A DNA stretch of 64,000 nt from a virus. Positions 28,895 through 37,296 of the stretch are shown piece after piece. The position numbers and the translations under genes were made by a program. Each line of letters starts with the position of its first letter. Positions within the stretch are counted from its first letter, which is position 1. The stretch covers positions 1-64,000 of IMG/VR virus record IMGVR_UViG_3300029215_000002; one strand, written 5' to 3'. The notes below the pieces were generated by a model. It searched no databases. It was not told the origin of the DNA and saw nothing but the letters and a program-made list of their open reading frames with translations.

Positions 28895-29092
28895 ATGTTT
28901 TCATACAAACCATTATTAAAATTACTCATAGAGAGAGATATGACAAAAACTCAACTTCGTGAAGCCACTGGAATGAGTATGAATACTCTTGCTAAAATAA
29001 GCAAAAACGAATATATTTCAATGGCTACTCTTGACAACATCTGTTCTTATTTACATTGTAATATCGAAGATGTAATTGAATTTATTGAATAA
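28895..29092 (+). CDS. XRE-family helix-turn-helix transcriptional regulator (Cro/CI-type), 65 aa
   Basis: MTKTQLREATGMSMNTLAKISKNEYISMATLDNICSYL is a classic HTH_XRE. I prefer the ATG at 28895 with RBS GGAGGTGA over the longer track ORF from 28847. Confidence 0.7.
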   Translation: MFSYKPLLKLLIERDMTKTQLREATGMSMNTLAKISKNEYISMATLDNICSYLHCNIEDVIEFIE

Positions 29093-29101
29093 TTTATATA
29101 T

Positions 29102-29117
29102 TGTCACATAAGTGACA
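29102..29117. promoter_or_regulatory. Perfect palindromic operator TGTCACATAAGTGACA between the XRE and RHH genes
   Basis: 6-bp inverted arms TGTCAC/GTGACA with a 4-bp spacer, 24 nt upstream of the RHH start. Confidence 0.5.
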
Positions 29118-29140
29118 TTCTCTTAAACGGAGGTGATAAT

Positions 29141-29287
29141 ATGGATATCGGAAAAGACAAGACTGGTGTACTCATTAATATGAACAAAGAATTGAAATCC
29201 AAACTAGAAGAACTTGCTAAAAAAGATGGTCGTTCACTAACTAACCTTATTAATAAAATACTTACTGAATATATAAAAGGTAAGTAA
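29141..29287 (+). CDS. Ribbon-helix-helix (CopG/Arc/MetJ-like) DNA-binding protein, 48 aa; not in the ORF track
   Basis: MDIGKDKTGVLINMNKELKSKLEELAKKDGRSLTNLINKILTEYIKGK; RBS GGAGGTGA. Confidence 0.55.
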   Translation: MDIGKDKTGVLINMNKELKSKLEELAKKDGRSLTNLINKILTEYIKGK

Positions 29288-29361
29288 TTATAAAACCCTC
29301 TTGTCAACTAAACCAATAGATTACGAGCCTATTCAATTTATTAAATAGACTCGTTTTCTAA

Positions 29362-29547
29362 TCACATCCTTGTCCAATCTTGTTTATCATTCACGTTCTG
29401 GAAATGTGCAGCAGAGATACATCTCTGTTTCCAATCCAAATAACCAGCACATCCATCATGACAACCAACATATCTGATAAGACATTTATAACATGGCGAA
29501 ATTTCTTTCAAAGGATTAATTTTGATACTCTTTCCTTTATTGTTCAT
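29362..29547 (-). CDS. small Cys-rich protein (61 aa)
   Basis: CYKC...GCHDGCAGY...RC; RBS GGAGA. Confidence 0.4.
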   Translation of the reverse strand: MNNKGKSIKINPLKEISPCYKCLIRYVGCHDGCAGYLDWKQRCISAAHFQNVNDKQDWTRM

Positions 29548-29656
29548 AGTATATTCTCCTTTTTACCTAACAAAATGATATTCCTTTTTATACATTCTCC
29601 AAAATTTGTGTATTATATAAGGAATACCCAAATACAGGCATTCCTTATACAGTGAA

Positions 29657-29974
29657 CTATTCTATTTTCTCTTCTTCGTTATTCCGTGGTACAAGCAGAA
29701 AAGTGCTAACTTTCCCTTTTCTTTCTATCTTTTTAATATTTTGCTTTGAAGAGTAAGCATCGATTGTTTGAACTAATTCATCATATCGTTTTGCTATTGT
29801 CTCTGCCTGTTTAATCATATCTATACAAGTCTCTTTGAGTATAGGTAAGAAACTCTCTACACAATTTTCTTCTAAGTTACAAATAGAAACTGGAACTTTA
29901 TTTCCCTTAGATTCCTTTATTAACTTTGTGGCTTCTTCTTCTGTTATTTCGATTATTGCAGCTTTGAAACACAT
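29657..29974 (-). CDS. hypothetical protein (105 aa), translationally coupled immediately downstream of the MazF-like gene
   Basis: Its ATG at 29974 abuts the MazF stop (TAA at 29975..29977). Confidence 0.45.
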   Translation of the reverse strand: MCFKAAIIEITEEEATKLIKESKGNKVPVSICNLEENCVESFLPILKETCIDMIKQAETIAKRYDELVQTIDAYSSKQNIKKIERKGKVSTFLLVPRNNEEEKIE

Positions 29975-30370
29975 TTATTCACTCACCCTTTCTATGTTAC
30001 ATACATAAGCATTATAAATTTGTTGCTTATATTGTTTGTCGGTTATTTTTCCTCTATAATCTAAAATTCTACTCTTGTCTACTTGGCGAACAGCTTCACC
30101 TAAAACAATACTATCTTCTGTTAAAGCAGATATAAATTCGCTTTTAAGGAGGACGTGTGTTGGTTGCTTTAAACTTCTCTTTTGAGAAGTTAATGGCATT
30201 ACGATTGTTGTTGGACTATAATAATTTCCAATATTGTTTTGAATAACCACAGCAGGTCGAACGCCTCCTTGTTCACTTCCAATTGGTACATCGCCAAAAT
30301 CAACAGTAACAATATCATATGCCTTAATTTTTATTTCTCTTTTATGTTGCTCCTTTTTATTCTCAACCAT
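29975..30370 (-). CDS. MazF/PemK/Kid-family endoribonuclease toxin
   Basis: VDFGDVPIGSEQGGVRPAVVIQNNIGN...TTIVMPLTS matches the MazF core (DLDPTKGSEQAGHRPAVVLS...). Confidence 0.7.
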   Translation of the reverse strand: MVENKKEQHKREIKIKAYDIVTVDFGDVPIGSEQGGVRPAVVIQNNIGNYYSPTTIVMPLTSQKRSLKQPTHVLLKSEFISALTEDSIVLGEAVRQVDKSRILDYRGKITDKQYKQQIYNAYVCNIERVSE

Positions 30371-30671
30371 TTATTATTCGTCCTCCTTTCTTTAGTTTTT
30401 ATGTACTATTTTGTATCTTTCTTACTCTCTAACAATATATCAATAACATTGCCAACAACTTCTCTTTGAGAATAAGATAATCTGTATAACTTATGAGTAA
30501 TTTCTTCTTCCGTCATAGCATCACCTTCTTCTATGTTATTTCGGTAACACATTTTTGTTATCTTGATAACATTATAATTTACATTTTATTATCTGTCAAG
30601 TGTTTTTTGTTATTTTAATAACATTTTTTAACAAATCTAACCTTTTTAAGTTATTTTTAAAACATAATTTG

Positions 30672-30700
30672 TTGACACATTTTTTAAAATTTGATATTAT
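30672..30700 (+). promoter_or_regulatory. sigma-70-like promoter (TTGACA, 17 nt spacer, TATTAT) for the CI-like repressor
   Basis: ttgaca cattttttaaaatttga tattat, followed by RBS GAGGTGA and the ATG at 30721. Confidence 0.55.
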
Positions 30701-30720
30701 TTATGCAGAGGTGATATATT

Positions 30721-31497
30721 ATGACAATAGGCGAAAAAATGGGTCAAATTTTATACTTGAATAAAATTGATAACTTTGAAACAGCAGGCGAAAAATTAGG
30801 ATGTACTCGCCAACATATTAGCAACATCGTAAAAGGAGAAAAGACTCCTTCTGTTCAATTTATCAATAGTTTCTGTTATGTTTTTGACGTAAATAAAGAT
30901 TGGTTGGTCAATGAAAACAATGTAGATTTGACTCCTTTTATATCGAATAACAATTTAATAAAAAAAATTACAAGTAATTATATGTTGCTGTCAGAAGCAA
31001 GTAAAAATATTGTTGATAATCTTATTGATGGTTTATTGGAATTAAATAATAATCAACCGTCAACTACTCAACAACCAGTAATCAGATTAGCTGTATATGA
31101 CCAGCCAGTATGTGCTGGTAATGGTAACTTCATTACTGATGCAACAAAAACATTTAAGGATTTCCCTAATGTCCCATCTGATGCTGATTTCGCTGTTAGA
31201 GTTCAAGGTGATTCCATGACTCCTGTTTATAATGATGGTGATTTAGTGTTTATTAAATCTACTGACACATTGAATAACGGAGATGACGGGATTTTTATCG
31301 TAGACGGCGAAATAACGCTGAAAAGATTTATGGGTAATGAATTAATCCCGTTAAACACAAAATACCCTAAAATAAGCCAAAAAGCCATAATTCAAGGCAA
31401 AGTAGTTGGTATCGCAGAACACCACTCTGATTTAGAGGCTGAAGTCTTAGATATTGTAAATCAAGACAAGCCACAAAAACTTAAAAAATCTATTTAA
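30721..31497 (+). CDS. CI/LexA-like repressor: N-terminal XRE HTH + C-terminal S24 peptidase (autocleavable)
   Basis: HTH AGEKLGCTRQHISNIVKGEK; candidate Ala-Gly cleavage site VCAG|NG; Ser in GDSMTPV and Lys in ITLKRF, matching the LexA/CI Ser-Lys dyad. Confidence 0.8.
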   Translation: MTIGEKMGQILYLNKIDNFETAGEKLGCTRQHISNIVKGEKTPSVQFINSFCYVFDVNKDWLVNENNVDLTPFISNNNLIKKITSNYMLLSEASKNIVDNLIDGLLELNNNQPSTTQQPVIRLAVYDQPVCAGNGNFITDATKTFKDFPNVPSDADFAVRVQGDSMTPVYNDGDLVFIKSTDTLNNGDDGIFIVDGEITLKRFMGNELIPLNTKYPKISQKAIIQGKVVGIAEHHSDLEAEVLDIVNQDKPQKLKKSI

Positions 31498-31502
31498 CAA
31501 AA

Positions 31503-31545
31503 AAGGCAAGAAAAGAACTTTAAGCTCTCTCTTGCCTTTTTCTCT
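31503..31545. terminator. rho-independent terminator after the CI-like gene (possibly bidirectional)
   Basis: AAGGCAAGA...TCTCTTGCCTT stem followed by TTTTTCTCT. Confidence 0.55.
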
Positions 31546-31868
31546 TACTTAACCGAAGTATAAGTAATAAATATTGCTTGATCTATCAGCTTGCAAGTTT
31601 ATCAATAACAATTGTTCTTTGCATTTATAAACTCCCTTAATATGCCTTCCAATCAAGCTTTTAACATAATGTACCTGCATACCGCTTGCCTCCCTTTCCA
31701 TCATATTCCCTAAGACAATGGACTGTTTAGCACCAGAAAAGAGGTACAGAGAAATATTAACATAAAATGACATAATTCGACAAGAAGTAACATTTTCCAT
31801 TTTTTATCCTATACACACTATAGGACTTGTGTTATAATACAACCAAAATAATAAATTAGGAGTGATAA

Positions 31869-31967
31869 AATGACACAAGTGCAAAAAGATATTATTAAAT
31901 TATATTTACAACTCAATACCGAAGACGAGAAAGAGTTTCTCATATGGTTATTTAGTTTAATCGATTA
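31869..31967 (+). CDS. small ORF (32 aa) with a strong RBS; not in the ORF track
   Basis: MTQVQKDIIKLYLQLNTEDEKEFLIWLFSLID; RBS TAGGAGTGA; an extended -10 tgtTATAAT upstream; terminator downstream. Confidence 0.35.
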
Positions 31968-31988
31968 AAAATTAATATCTTGTATATA

Positions 31989-32026
31989 ATAGCCTTATGT
32001 AGTTTACAAAGGCTATTTTTATTTTA
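31989..32026. terminator. rho-independent terminator (AATAGCCTT...AAGGCTATT + T-run)
   Basis: 9-bp stem followed by TTTTATTTT. Confidence 0.5.
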
Positions 32027-32282
32027 TTGATTCTCTTAGCTCATTCGCTTTCTCTTCGTCAATAATGCCGTAGTTTAGCAAATTGTTTATATCTATATGT
32101 GCTTCTCTATTAATTTTTCTTTTAATATCATACTTAGCTCCAAGCAACAAAGCTATTCGAATGATTTCTTCATTTGTTGGATTTTTAACTTTGCATATAT
32201 CTGTATATACTTGTCTCATAATCTCTAATTCTTTTTCAAGTTCTTTTTCCTCAATCAAATATTCAACTGTAACTTTAATCAT
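32019..32282 (-). CDS. hypothetical protein (87 aa)
   Basis: minus-strand ORF. Confidence 0.4.
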   Translation of the reverse strand: MIKVTVEYLIEEKELEKELEIMRQVYTDICKVKNPTNEEIIRIALLLGAKYDIKRKINREAHIDINNLLNYGIIDEEKANELRESIK

Positions 32283-32306
32283 ATAGTCATCCTTTCTTTG
32301 TCTCCA

Positions 32307-33410
32307 TTACTTTCGCCCATACATATCTGCGTTTACTTCAGCTTGCCAGTAGTTATGGCTCGTAGTATAAGAGTTAAACAACATAGCAATTAAATAGGCT
32401 TTAATATTTTGAATCCTAGTTGGATTTTCTTTTAATGCCACTATCACATACTCTATATGGTCATATTTTAATTTCCAGAATCTTTGTTGGACAATTGTAC
32501 TTGGATATTCCACTCCAGAAATCATATAGCTTATGTTATCAACAGTTACAACTTCTGTCATAAGTTCAACTATCTCATCAATTATTTCTCTGTCATTAGA
32601 GTAAGAGATTATTAAATCGCTATAACCTATGTTTTGTTTTATAATTTGGTTCAAACGAATATAATCTTGCATCGTATACTTTGGTTGTCTTTCTCTATCT
32701 ATCAATCCATCTCTTGTGTTATTAATATTATTATAGTTAGGTTGATAGATTGATTGTTTAATACTTAATTGTTTAGTATTTAATTGTTTAGTATTTAATT
32801 GTATGCGGTTTTCCATATCAGGAAATCCCATATCTGGGTTATCCATATCTGGGAAATCAGGATATGGATGAGATACCAGTAAATCTGCCCTTTTCAAAGG
32901 ACACCTTTCTTTTTCGCTTATGTAATCTTCAATCGAGATATTATCGGCAACATTTAAATTTTTAGTATTATTGTAATGTGTATCATTTGTATTAAAATCA
33001 GTATCTTTCCCTTCGATTTGTTTAATATTAGTATTATTATTTTTAACACTATTATTAATATTACCTTCAGTAGTGTTTTCAGAATTAACCTTATTATTAT
33101 TACATTTAGTAAACTTTTGAGGTTCATCATAAAGTGTATAATCCACATCTAAGATTTTACCTTTATCATCTCTAATTGTAGTTCTAATTAAATAACCTAA
33201 TTCTTCTAATTTTTTTAATCCACTTGTAATAGTTGTTCTGCCATCTGGTAAAATTTGATTTAATCCATTAATAGAAAATTCCCACTCAGATGGTAGACTT
33301 AACATTGTTATAAGCAGACCTCTTGATTTAATATCTAAATTCATATCTCTTAATATTGCATTGTTAACAATTGTGAAATTATTTTTTAGTTCTTTCTTTA
33401 GTATGCCCAT
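32307..33410 (-). CDS. Putative replication initiator (N-terminal winged-helix/DnaD-RepA-like domain) carrying internal iterons
   Basis: The N-terminus ILRDMNLDIKSRGLLITMLSLPSEWEFSINGLNQILPDGRTTITSGLKKLEELGYLIR resembles replication-initiator/replisome-organiser HTH domains. The central region is encoded by tandem DNA repeats. Confidence 0.5.
   Translation of the reverse strand: MGILKKELKNNFTIVNNAILRDMNLDIKSRGLLITMLSLPSEWEFSINGLNQILPDGRTTITSGLKKLEELGYLIRTTIRDDKGKILDVDYTLYDEPQKFTKCNNNKVNSENTTEGNINNSVKNNNTNIKQIEGKDTDFNTNDTHYNNTKNLNVADNISIEDYISEKERCPLKRADLLVSHPYPDFPDMDNPDMGFPDMENRIQLNTKQLNTKQLSIKQSIYQPNYNNINNTRDGLIDRERQPKYTMQDYIRLNQIIKQNIGYSDLIISYSNDREIIDEIVELMTEVVTVDNISYMISGVEYPSTIVQQRFWKLKYDHIEYVIVALKENPTRIQNIKAYLIAMLFNSYTTSHNYWQAEVNADMYGRK
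32751..32880. repeat. Iteron-like tandem repeats inside the rep gene (about 3.5 copies of TAATTGTTTAGTATT; then CCATATCTGGG x2 plus an inverted copy)
   Basis: Directly visible: ...gattgtttaatact taattgtttagtatt taattgtttagtatt taattgtatgcgg..., then cccatatctgggttatccatatctgggaaatcaggatatgg. Confidence 0.6.
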
Positions 33411-33438
33411 AACATTTTCCTTTCATACCTTATAATTT

Positions 33439-34386
33439 TTATACTATCCTGAGTTTATTCGCCATATTTATAGCTGTTTGATACTTGTCTACATCATCAG
33501 TAAGACACCTAATAATTTTTCCTAAATCATCAGATTTTAGGGAGATAACAGGCATATTTTTGACTATCTCATCACCTTTGCCAGCCAATACATTATGGAT
33601 AAACTCCCCATGGTCATTAATCAACTGTCTATTTTTCTCGTCTGTTAAACCAATATAATCCATAGTATCGTTTAAATTTGTATGATTAAACAATTTCTGC
33701 AATGATAATAAACAATCGGGATCAAATGGATGTGTCTTATGAATCCAATAGCCAAAACTCTTACGAAGAGAGTGCGTACTGACAGCATATTTTATATTCG
33801 CTGCTTCAACTGCTTTGTTTAACAGTTTTCTATAAACATTCGTTTGTTGCTTTACGACATCGTTATATTCCACCACATAATAAAGATAATCTCCAAGAGA
33901 TGAATATCTTTGTTGTTTACTAAACTCTTTGATTATTTTCTCTTTTCTATCTTCTGATATAGTTTTATTTAGTGCTTTACACCAAAACTCTATATCATTT
34001 TTACTGTAAATATCTAAGTTCTTTCTTTTTATCCAGTTACTTTTAGGAATATATTTGAAGATGTATTCGTTGTAATGTTTCTTTATATCAACATCTACAT
34101 TCTCCAAATACTTATCTACAACTTCAAACACAGTATCACTTATGGGGATATTAGTAACTTTCTCTGTTTTTTGTTCCTCAATAGTGTTAATTTCTCTTTT
34201 TCGATTTCCGTTTTCGTAATACAAATCAGACCATTTTATCATGACTGTATCACCAATTCTTCTACCGAGCAGGAGTTCCAACATTGTAATGAGATATCCA
34301 TCCCATTCATTATTATTTTCAAACCATTCAACTACATTTCTAATGTCTTCCATTTTCCAAAACGGATATACTGCCATATTTATCAA
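33439..34386 (-). CDS. int: Tyrosine site-specific recombinase/integrase (small, XerC/D-like), 315 aa
   Basis: C-terminal catalytic boxes: STHSLRKSFGYWIHKTH (H-x-x-R ... H) and LLSLQKLFNHTNLNDTMDYIGL (catalytic Tyr). Confidence 0.7.
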   Translation of the reverse strand: MINMAVYPFWKMEDIRNVVEWFENNNEWDGYLITMLELLLGRRIGDTVMIKWSDLYYENGNRKREINTIEEQKTEKVTNIPISDTVFEVVDKYLENVDVDIKKHYNEYIFKYIPKSNWIKRKNLDIYSKNDIEFWCKALNKTISEDRKEKIIKEFSKQQRYSSLGDYLYYVVEYNDVVKQQTNVYRKLLNKAVEAANIKYAVSTHSLRKSFGYWIHKTHPFDPDCLLSLQKLFNHTNLNDTMDYIGLTDEKNRQLINDHGEFIHNVLAGKGDEIVKNMPVISLKSDDLGKIIRCLTDDVDKYQTAINMANKLRIV

Positions 34387-34408
34387 CCTTCTTTCAAAAT
34401 TTTCGTAA

Positions 34409-34440
34409 TAAAAAAGAAGTAGATTAATTTCTACTTCTTT
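34409..34440 (-). terminator. rho-independent terminator for the 34459..35088 transcript
   Basis: AAGAAGTAGA-ttaat-TCTACTTCTT hairpin with an A-run on the plus strand (a U-run on the minus transcript). Confidence 0.5.
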
Positions 34441-34458
34441 TACAATTCTCTTTTTTAT

Positions 34459-35088
34459 TTATTTAAAAATATCCGTATTCCACAATTTATTCAATACTTG
34501 TGGATCGCTAGGTAAATTAGAATAAGTTGCACCCACAATATCCAATTTTTTATATTCTTCTTCAGTTATAATAATTCCTTCATCTCCTATTGCAGTTTTA
34601 TCATAATCATATCCATTTGAATTTGGATTATCAAAATAAAATTTTCTATATTCAGTTTTCCCATCTTTTTTATGATCATATAAGCAAGCAATTACTTTAC
34701 CTGTACTCATTTCTGTTGTTACTAATCGGTTAAATCTTGGGTCATATTTGTTATAAGCCAAATCTCCAAATCTCAATGCTATCTCTTTATTTCCTTCATC
34801 AATTCTACGCATTTCTGCAATTCTTCTATCAAATGAATCTGCATAAATCTTATTACTCTTTGCACCTACAGTATAAGTATGTCTATTTCCATACCTATCA
34901 TATCTTGTATGCTGATAAGTTTTTTCACCATTATAAAGCTCGTGTCCTACTCTATCATAGCAAACTCTATTTCCATTTTCGTCTATTCTTAGAGTTCCGT
35001 TCTTTGACTGTTCATTCTCAATCGCACACTTTGTACCACTAATACCTAAAGCTCCTAAAAAACCTAAAACACCTAATAATCCTAACAT
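34459..35088 (-). CDS. secreted/lipoprotein-like protein (209 aa)
   Basis: N-terminal signal-like MLGLLGVLGFLGALGISGTKC; tyrosine/aspartate-rich YD-like repeats. Confidence 0.45.
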   Translation of the reverse strand: MLGLLGVLGFLGALGISGTKCAIENEQSKNGTLRIDENGNRVCYDRVGHELYNGEKTYQHTRYDRYGNRHTYTVGAKSNKIYADSFDRRIAEMRRIDEGNKEIALRFGDLAYNKYDPRFNRLVTTEMSTGKVIACLYDHKKDGKTEYRKFYFDNPNSNGYDYDKTAIGDEGIIITEEEYKKLDIVGATYSNLPSDPQVLNKLWNTDIFK

Positions 35089-35150
35089 AATATTACATCC
35101 TTTCTTAAATATATTCTCTAATCATATTTTATTTTATTTCTACTACTTTT

Positions 35151-35525
35151 TCAATATAAATTTTCTATTTTTACATTATCATTATACAATTCATTATGTT
35201 TCTCTACTGCCATTTCCATAATATCTGGAAAATAATCATTTTCTCTGACCTCTATTGTCTTTACATCACCACACTTTACACAAACGGAATCTTTAATATG
35301 ACCATATTCTCTTTGAGAAGATCCTCTTTGAATTCCATTTATTGCTACTGTATCCGTATGTAAGCAACTTAAACAGATAAATCTACTTAATTGCATATAG
35401 TTATTCTTTCTATTTCTATGTCTACACATTTTACCACCTCGTTTTTGTATTAAAAAAGAAGCAGGAATTCCCGCCTCTCTCATTAGTTTATTTCCGTTGA
35501 AAATGATTATTTCAATGTTCGTCAA
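35151..35525 (-). CDS. hypothetical Cys-rich protein (124 aa)
   Basis: CLSCLH...CVKCGD. Confidence 0.4.
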   Translation of the reverse strand: MTNIEIIIFNGNKLMREAGIPASFLIQKRGGKMCRHRNRKNNYMQLSRFICLSCLHTDTVAINGIQRGSSQREYGHIKDSVCVKCGDVKTIEVRENDYFPDIMEMAVEKHNELYNDNVKIENLY

Positions 35526-35673
35526 TCAAATCCAATACTTCACATAAAGCTTTGTATCTGCCCTTTTCAAAGTCGTTCATATTACGATTTGCTGTTTTAT
35601 TTTCTAAATCCTCAATAAGCTGTTCAATTTTGATTCTAAATAAAACATTCTCTCCCTTTGAAGTGAACTTCAT
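35512..35673 (-). CDS. small protein (53 aa); not in the ORF track
   Basis: MKFTSKGENVLFRIKIEQLIEDLENKTANRNMNDFEKGRYKALCEVLDLIDEH; GGAGG RBS. Confidence 0.35.
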   Translation of the reverse strand: MKFTSKGENVLFRIKIEQLIEDLENKTANRNMNDFEKGRYKALCEVLDLIDEH

Positions 35674-35910
35674 TCACATTACCTCCTTTAAAGTGTCGAA
35701 TAAATCATTTCTACTTTCTGTAATATCTACAACTTTGCTTAATTCTTCCCAATCTTCTTGATTTCCTGTTCTACTTAAATGGTAATGCCCACCGTCAATT
35801 GCTACAGCTCCACATTTACAAGATACAAATTGATGTTGAGCTTTACTTTCTATAATATCTCCACATCTCTTACATTTAATTTTATTTACTAAAATCTTTT
35901 CCAATATCAA
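35674..35910 (-). CDS. zinc-ribbon protein (78 aa)
   Basis: CKRCGD...CKCGAV. Confidence 0.45.
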   Translation of the reverse strand: MILEKILVNKIKCKRCGDIIESKAQHQFVSCKCGAVAIDGGHYHLSRTGNQEDWEELSKVVDITESRNDLFDTLKEVM

Positions 35911-35929
35911 TCACCGTTACTGAAAACTT

Positions 35930-36110
35930 ATAAAAAGTTATAATTATCTTATCTTTTATGTTTCATTCCTACTTCTATGAGTATGCTTTTGAGGGTTGCT
36001 TGCAACCCTCTACTTACAAGTTCTTGTACTCTCCATAGGCGTAAATTCCTGACTAACGAATCAGTACATATCTGTGATAACTTGATTGTGTTATACTACA
36101 GATTGTTTTA
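35930..36110 (-). ncRNA. Candidate omega-RNA (TnpB guide RNA scaffold) overlapping the 3' end of tnpB and the element's right end
   Basis: Position expected for omega-RNA. It contains a perfect hairpin GAGGGTTGC-tt-GCAACCCTC and further short hairpins (TACAAG-tt-CTTGTA; CTGAC..TCAG) immediately 3' of the tnpB stop. Confidence 0.35.
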
Positions 36111-37281
36111 AAATATTTTCTCCGTATTTTTTTAGATTTAAAGAAGCTTGATAATCTCTGTCAATTACATTTCCACATTCACATCTGTAAATACGGTCTG
36201 ATAAACTTAAATCTTTCTTGATTGTTCCACAACAACTACATAATTTAGAACTTGGAAAGAATCTGTCTACAATGATTACTGAAATATTATTCCAAACAGA
36301 CTTATATTCAATTTGTCGTCTAATTTCATAAAATCCTTGTTGTTGTACTGCTTTGGATAAATGCCTATTCTTCATCATTCCACTTACATTCAAATCTTCT
36401 AACACAATAAAACTTGGTTCTCGTTTTATAATCTCTGAAGTTATATGATGTATGTAGTTCTGACGAATGTTTGTTAGTCTATGATTTAATTTTAATAAAA
36501 GTTTTTCCTTTTTGATTACATTCTTTGTTTTACAGTAACTTTCTCCTTTCTTATTTTTTCCATATTTTCTTGATATAGAACGCTGTAATCTGCGTTTTTG
36601 TTTTTCTAACTTCTTAACTCTTTGTGTCTTGTTAATGTTTTGATATTTATTACCATCAGAACATATTGCTAAATCTTTAATTCCTAAATCAATTCCAATT
36701 CCTTCATTAGACGGATTTATAGTGGAATCTTCATACTCAATACCAACCGTAAAATACCAATTTATTCCATCATATTTGATACGAGGATTCGTGTACTTAC
36801 AATCTGTAGGTATTCTATTATGTTCTGCAAGTCTAATCCAATTTAACTTTTGTTTGCTTTTCTTCTTAGAATTAGCAAACCCCTCAACTTTTACATGAGT
36901 ATCAGAAAATTGAATCCTTACATTATCCTGATAGAAAGATGGCATTGAAAATTTACGGCTTTTAAACTTAGGGAATTTTGAATATCCTTTGAAAAATCTC
37001 TTATATGCGTTGCAAGCATCTTTAATTGCTTGTTTTGTTACATTATTAGAGATTTTATTTAACCAAGAATATTTATCAGTTTTCTTCAACTGTGTAAATT
37101 CTTTTCTCAAATCTCCATCAAATATGAACTTGCCACCATTTTTATGGTTTTCTTTTTCTCTACTTAAAGCCCAATTATAAGCAAATCTGGCAGTATTAGC
37201 ATATTGGAAAAGTTTAGTCTTTTGCTTGTTATTTGGAAGTAACATTACTCGAATTGTTTTTATCATCTTTTTCACCTCCAT
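36091..37281 (-). CDS. tnpB: TnpB (IS200/IS605/IS607-family OrfB RNA-guided endonuclease), intact, 396 aa
   Basis: RuvC-I GIDLGIKDLA, RuvC-II IVLEDLNVSGM, zinc finger CSCCG...CECG, RuvC-III DRDYQASLNL. Confidence 0.85.
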   Translation of the reverse strand: MEVKKMIKTIRVMLLPNNKQKTKLFQYANTARFAYNWALSREKENHKNGGKFIFDGDLRKEFTQLKKTDKYSWLNKISNNVTKQAIKDACNAYKRFFKGYSKFPKFKSRKFSMPSFYQDNVRIQFSDTHVKVEGFANSKKKSKQKLNWIRLAEHNRIPTDCKYTNPRIKYDGINWYFTVGIEYEDSTINPSNEGIGIDLGIKDLAICSDGNKYQNINKTQRVKKLEKQKRRLQRSISRKYGKNKKGESYCKTKNVIKKEKLLLKLNHRLTNIRQNYIHHITSEIIKREPSFIVLEDLNVSGMMKNRHLSKAVQQQGFYEIRRQIEYKSVWNNISVIIVDRFFPSSKLCSCCGTIKKDLSLSDRIYRCECGNVIDRDYQASLNLKKYGENILKQSVV

Positions 37282-37296
37282 CCTCTATAAGTTCTC

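Noticed and set aside
29104-29307. Minus-strand 67-aa ORF overlapping the RHH gene
   Set aside because: It is antisense to a plus-strand ORF that has a strong GGAGG RBS, an operator and a clear RHH sequence signature. Its own translation is S/L/I-rich low complexity.
31549-31800. 83-aa minus-strand ORF downstream of the CI-like gene
   Set aside because: Weak coding character and no convincing RBS. It may be spurious, so it is not reported as a feature. A short real gene cannot be excluded.
32751-32880. Tandem repeats as a possible CRISPR array or minisatellite
   Set aside because: The units are contiguous with no spacers of regular length and lie in-frame inside a coding sequence. An iteron/linker-repeat interpretation fits better. 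No CRISPR-like repeat-spacer architecture was seen anywhere in the window.
32954-33148. 64-aa minus-strand ORF inside the rep gene (I/L/K-rich)
   Set aside because: Alternative frame of the rep initiator ORF; pure low complexity.
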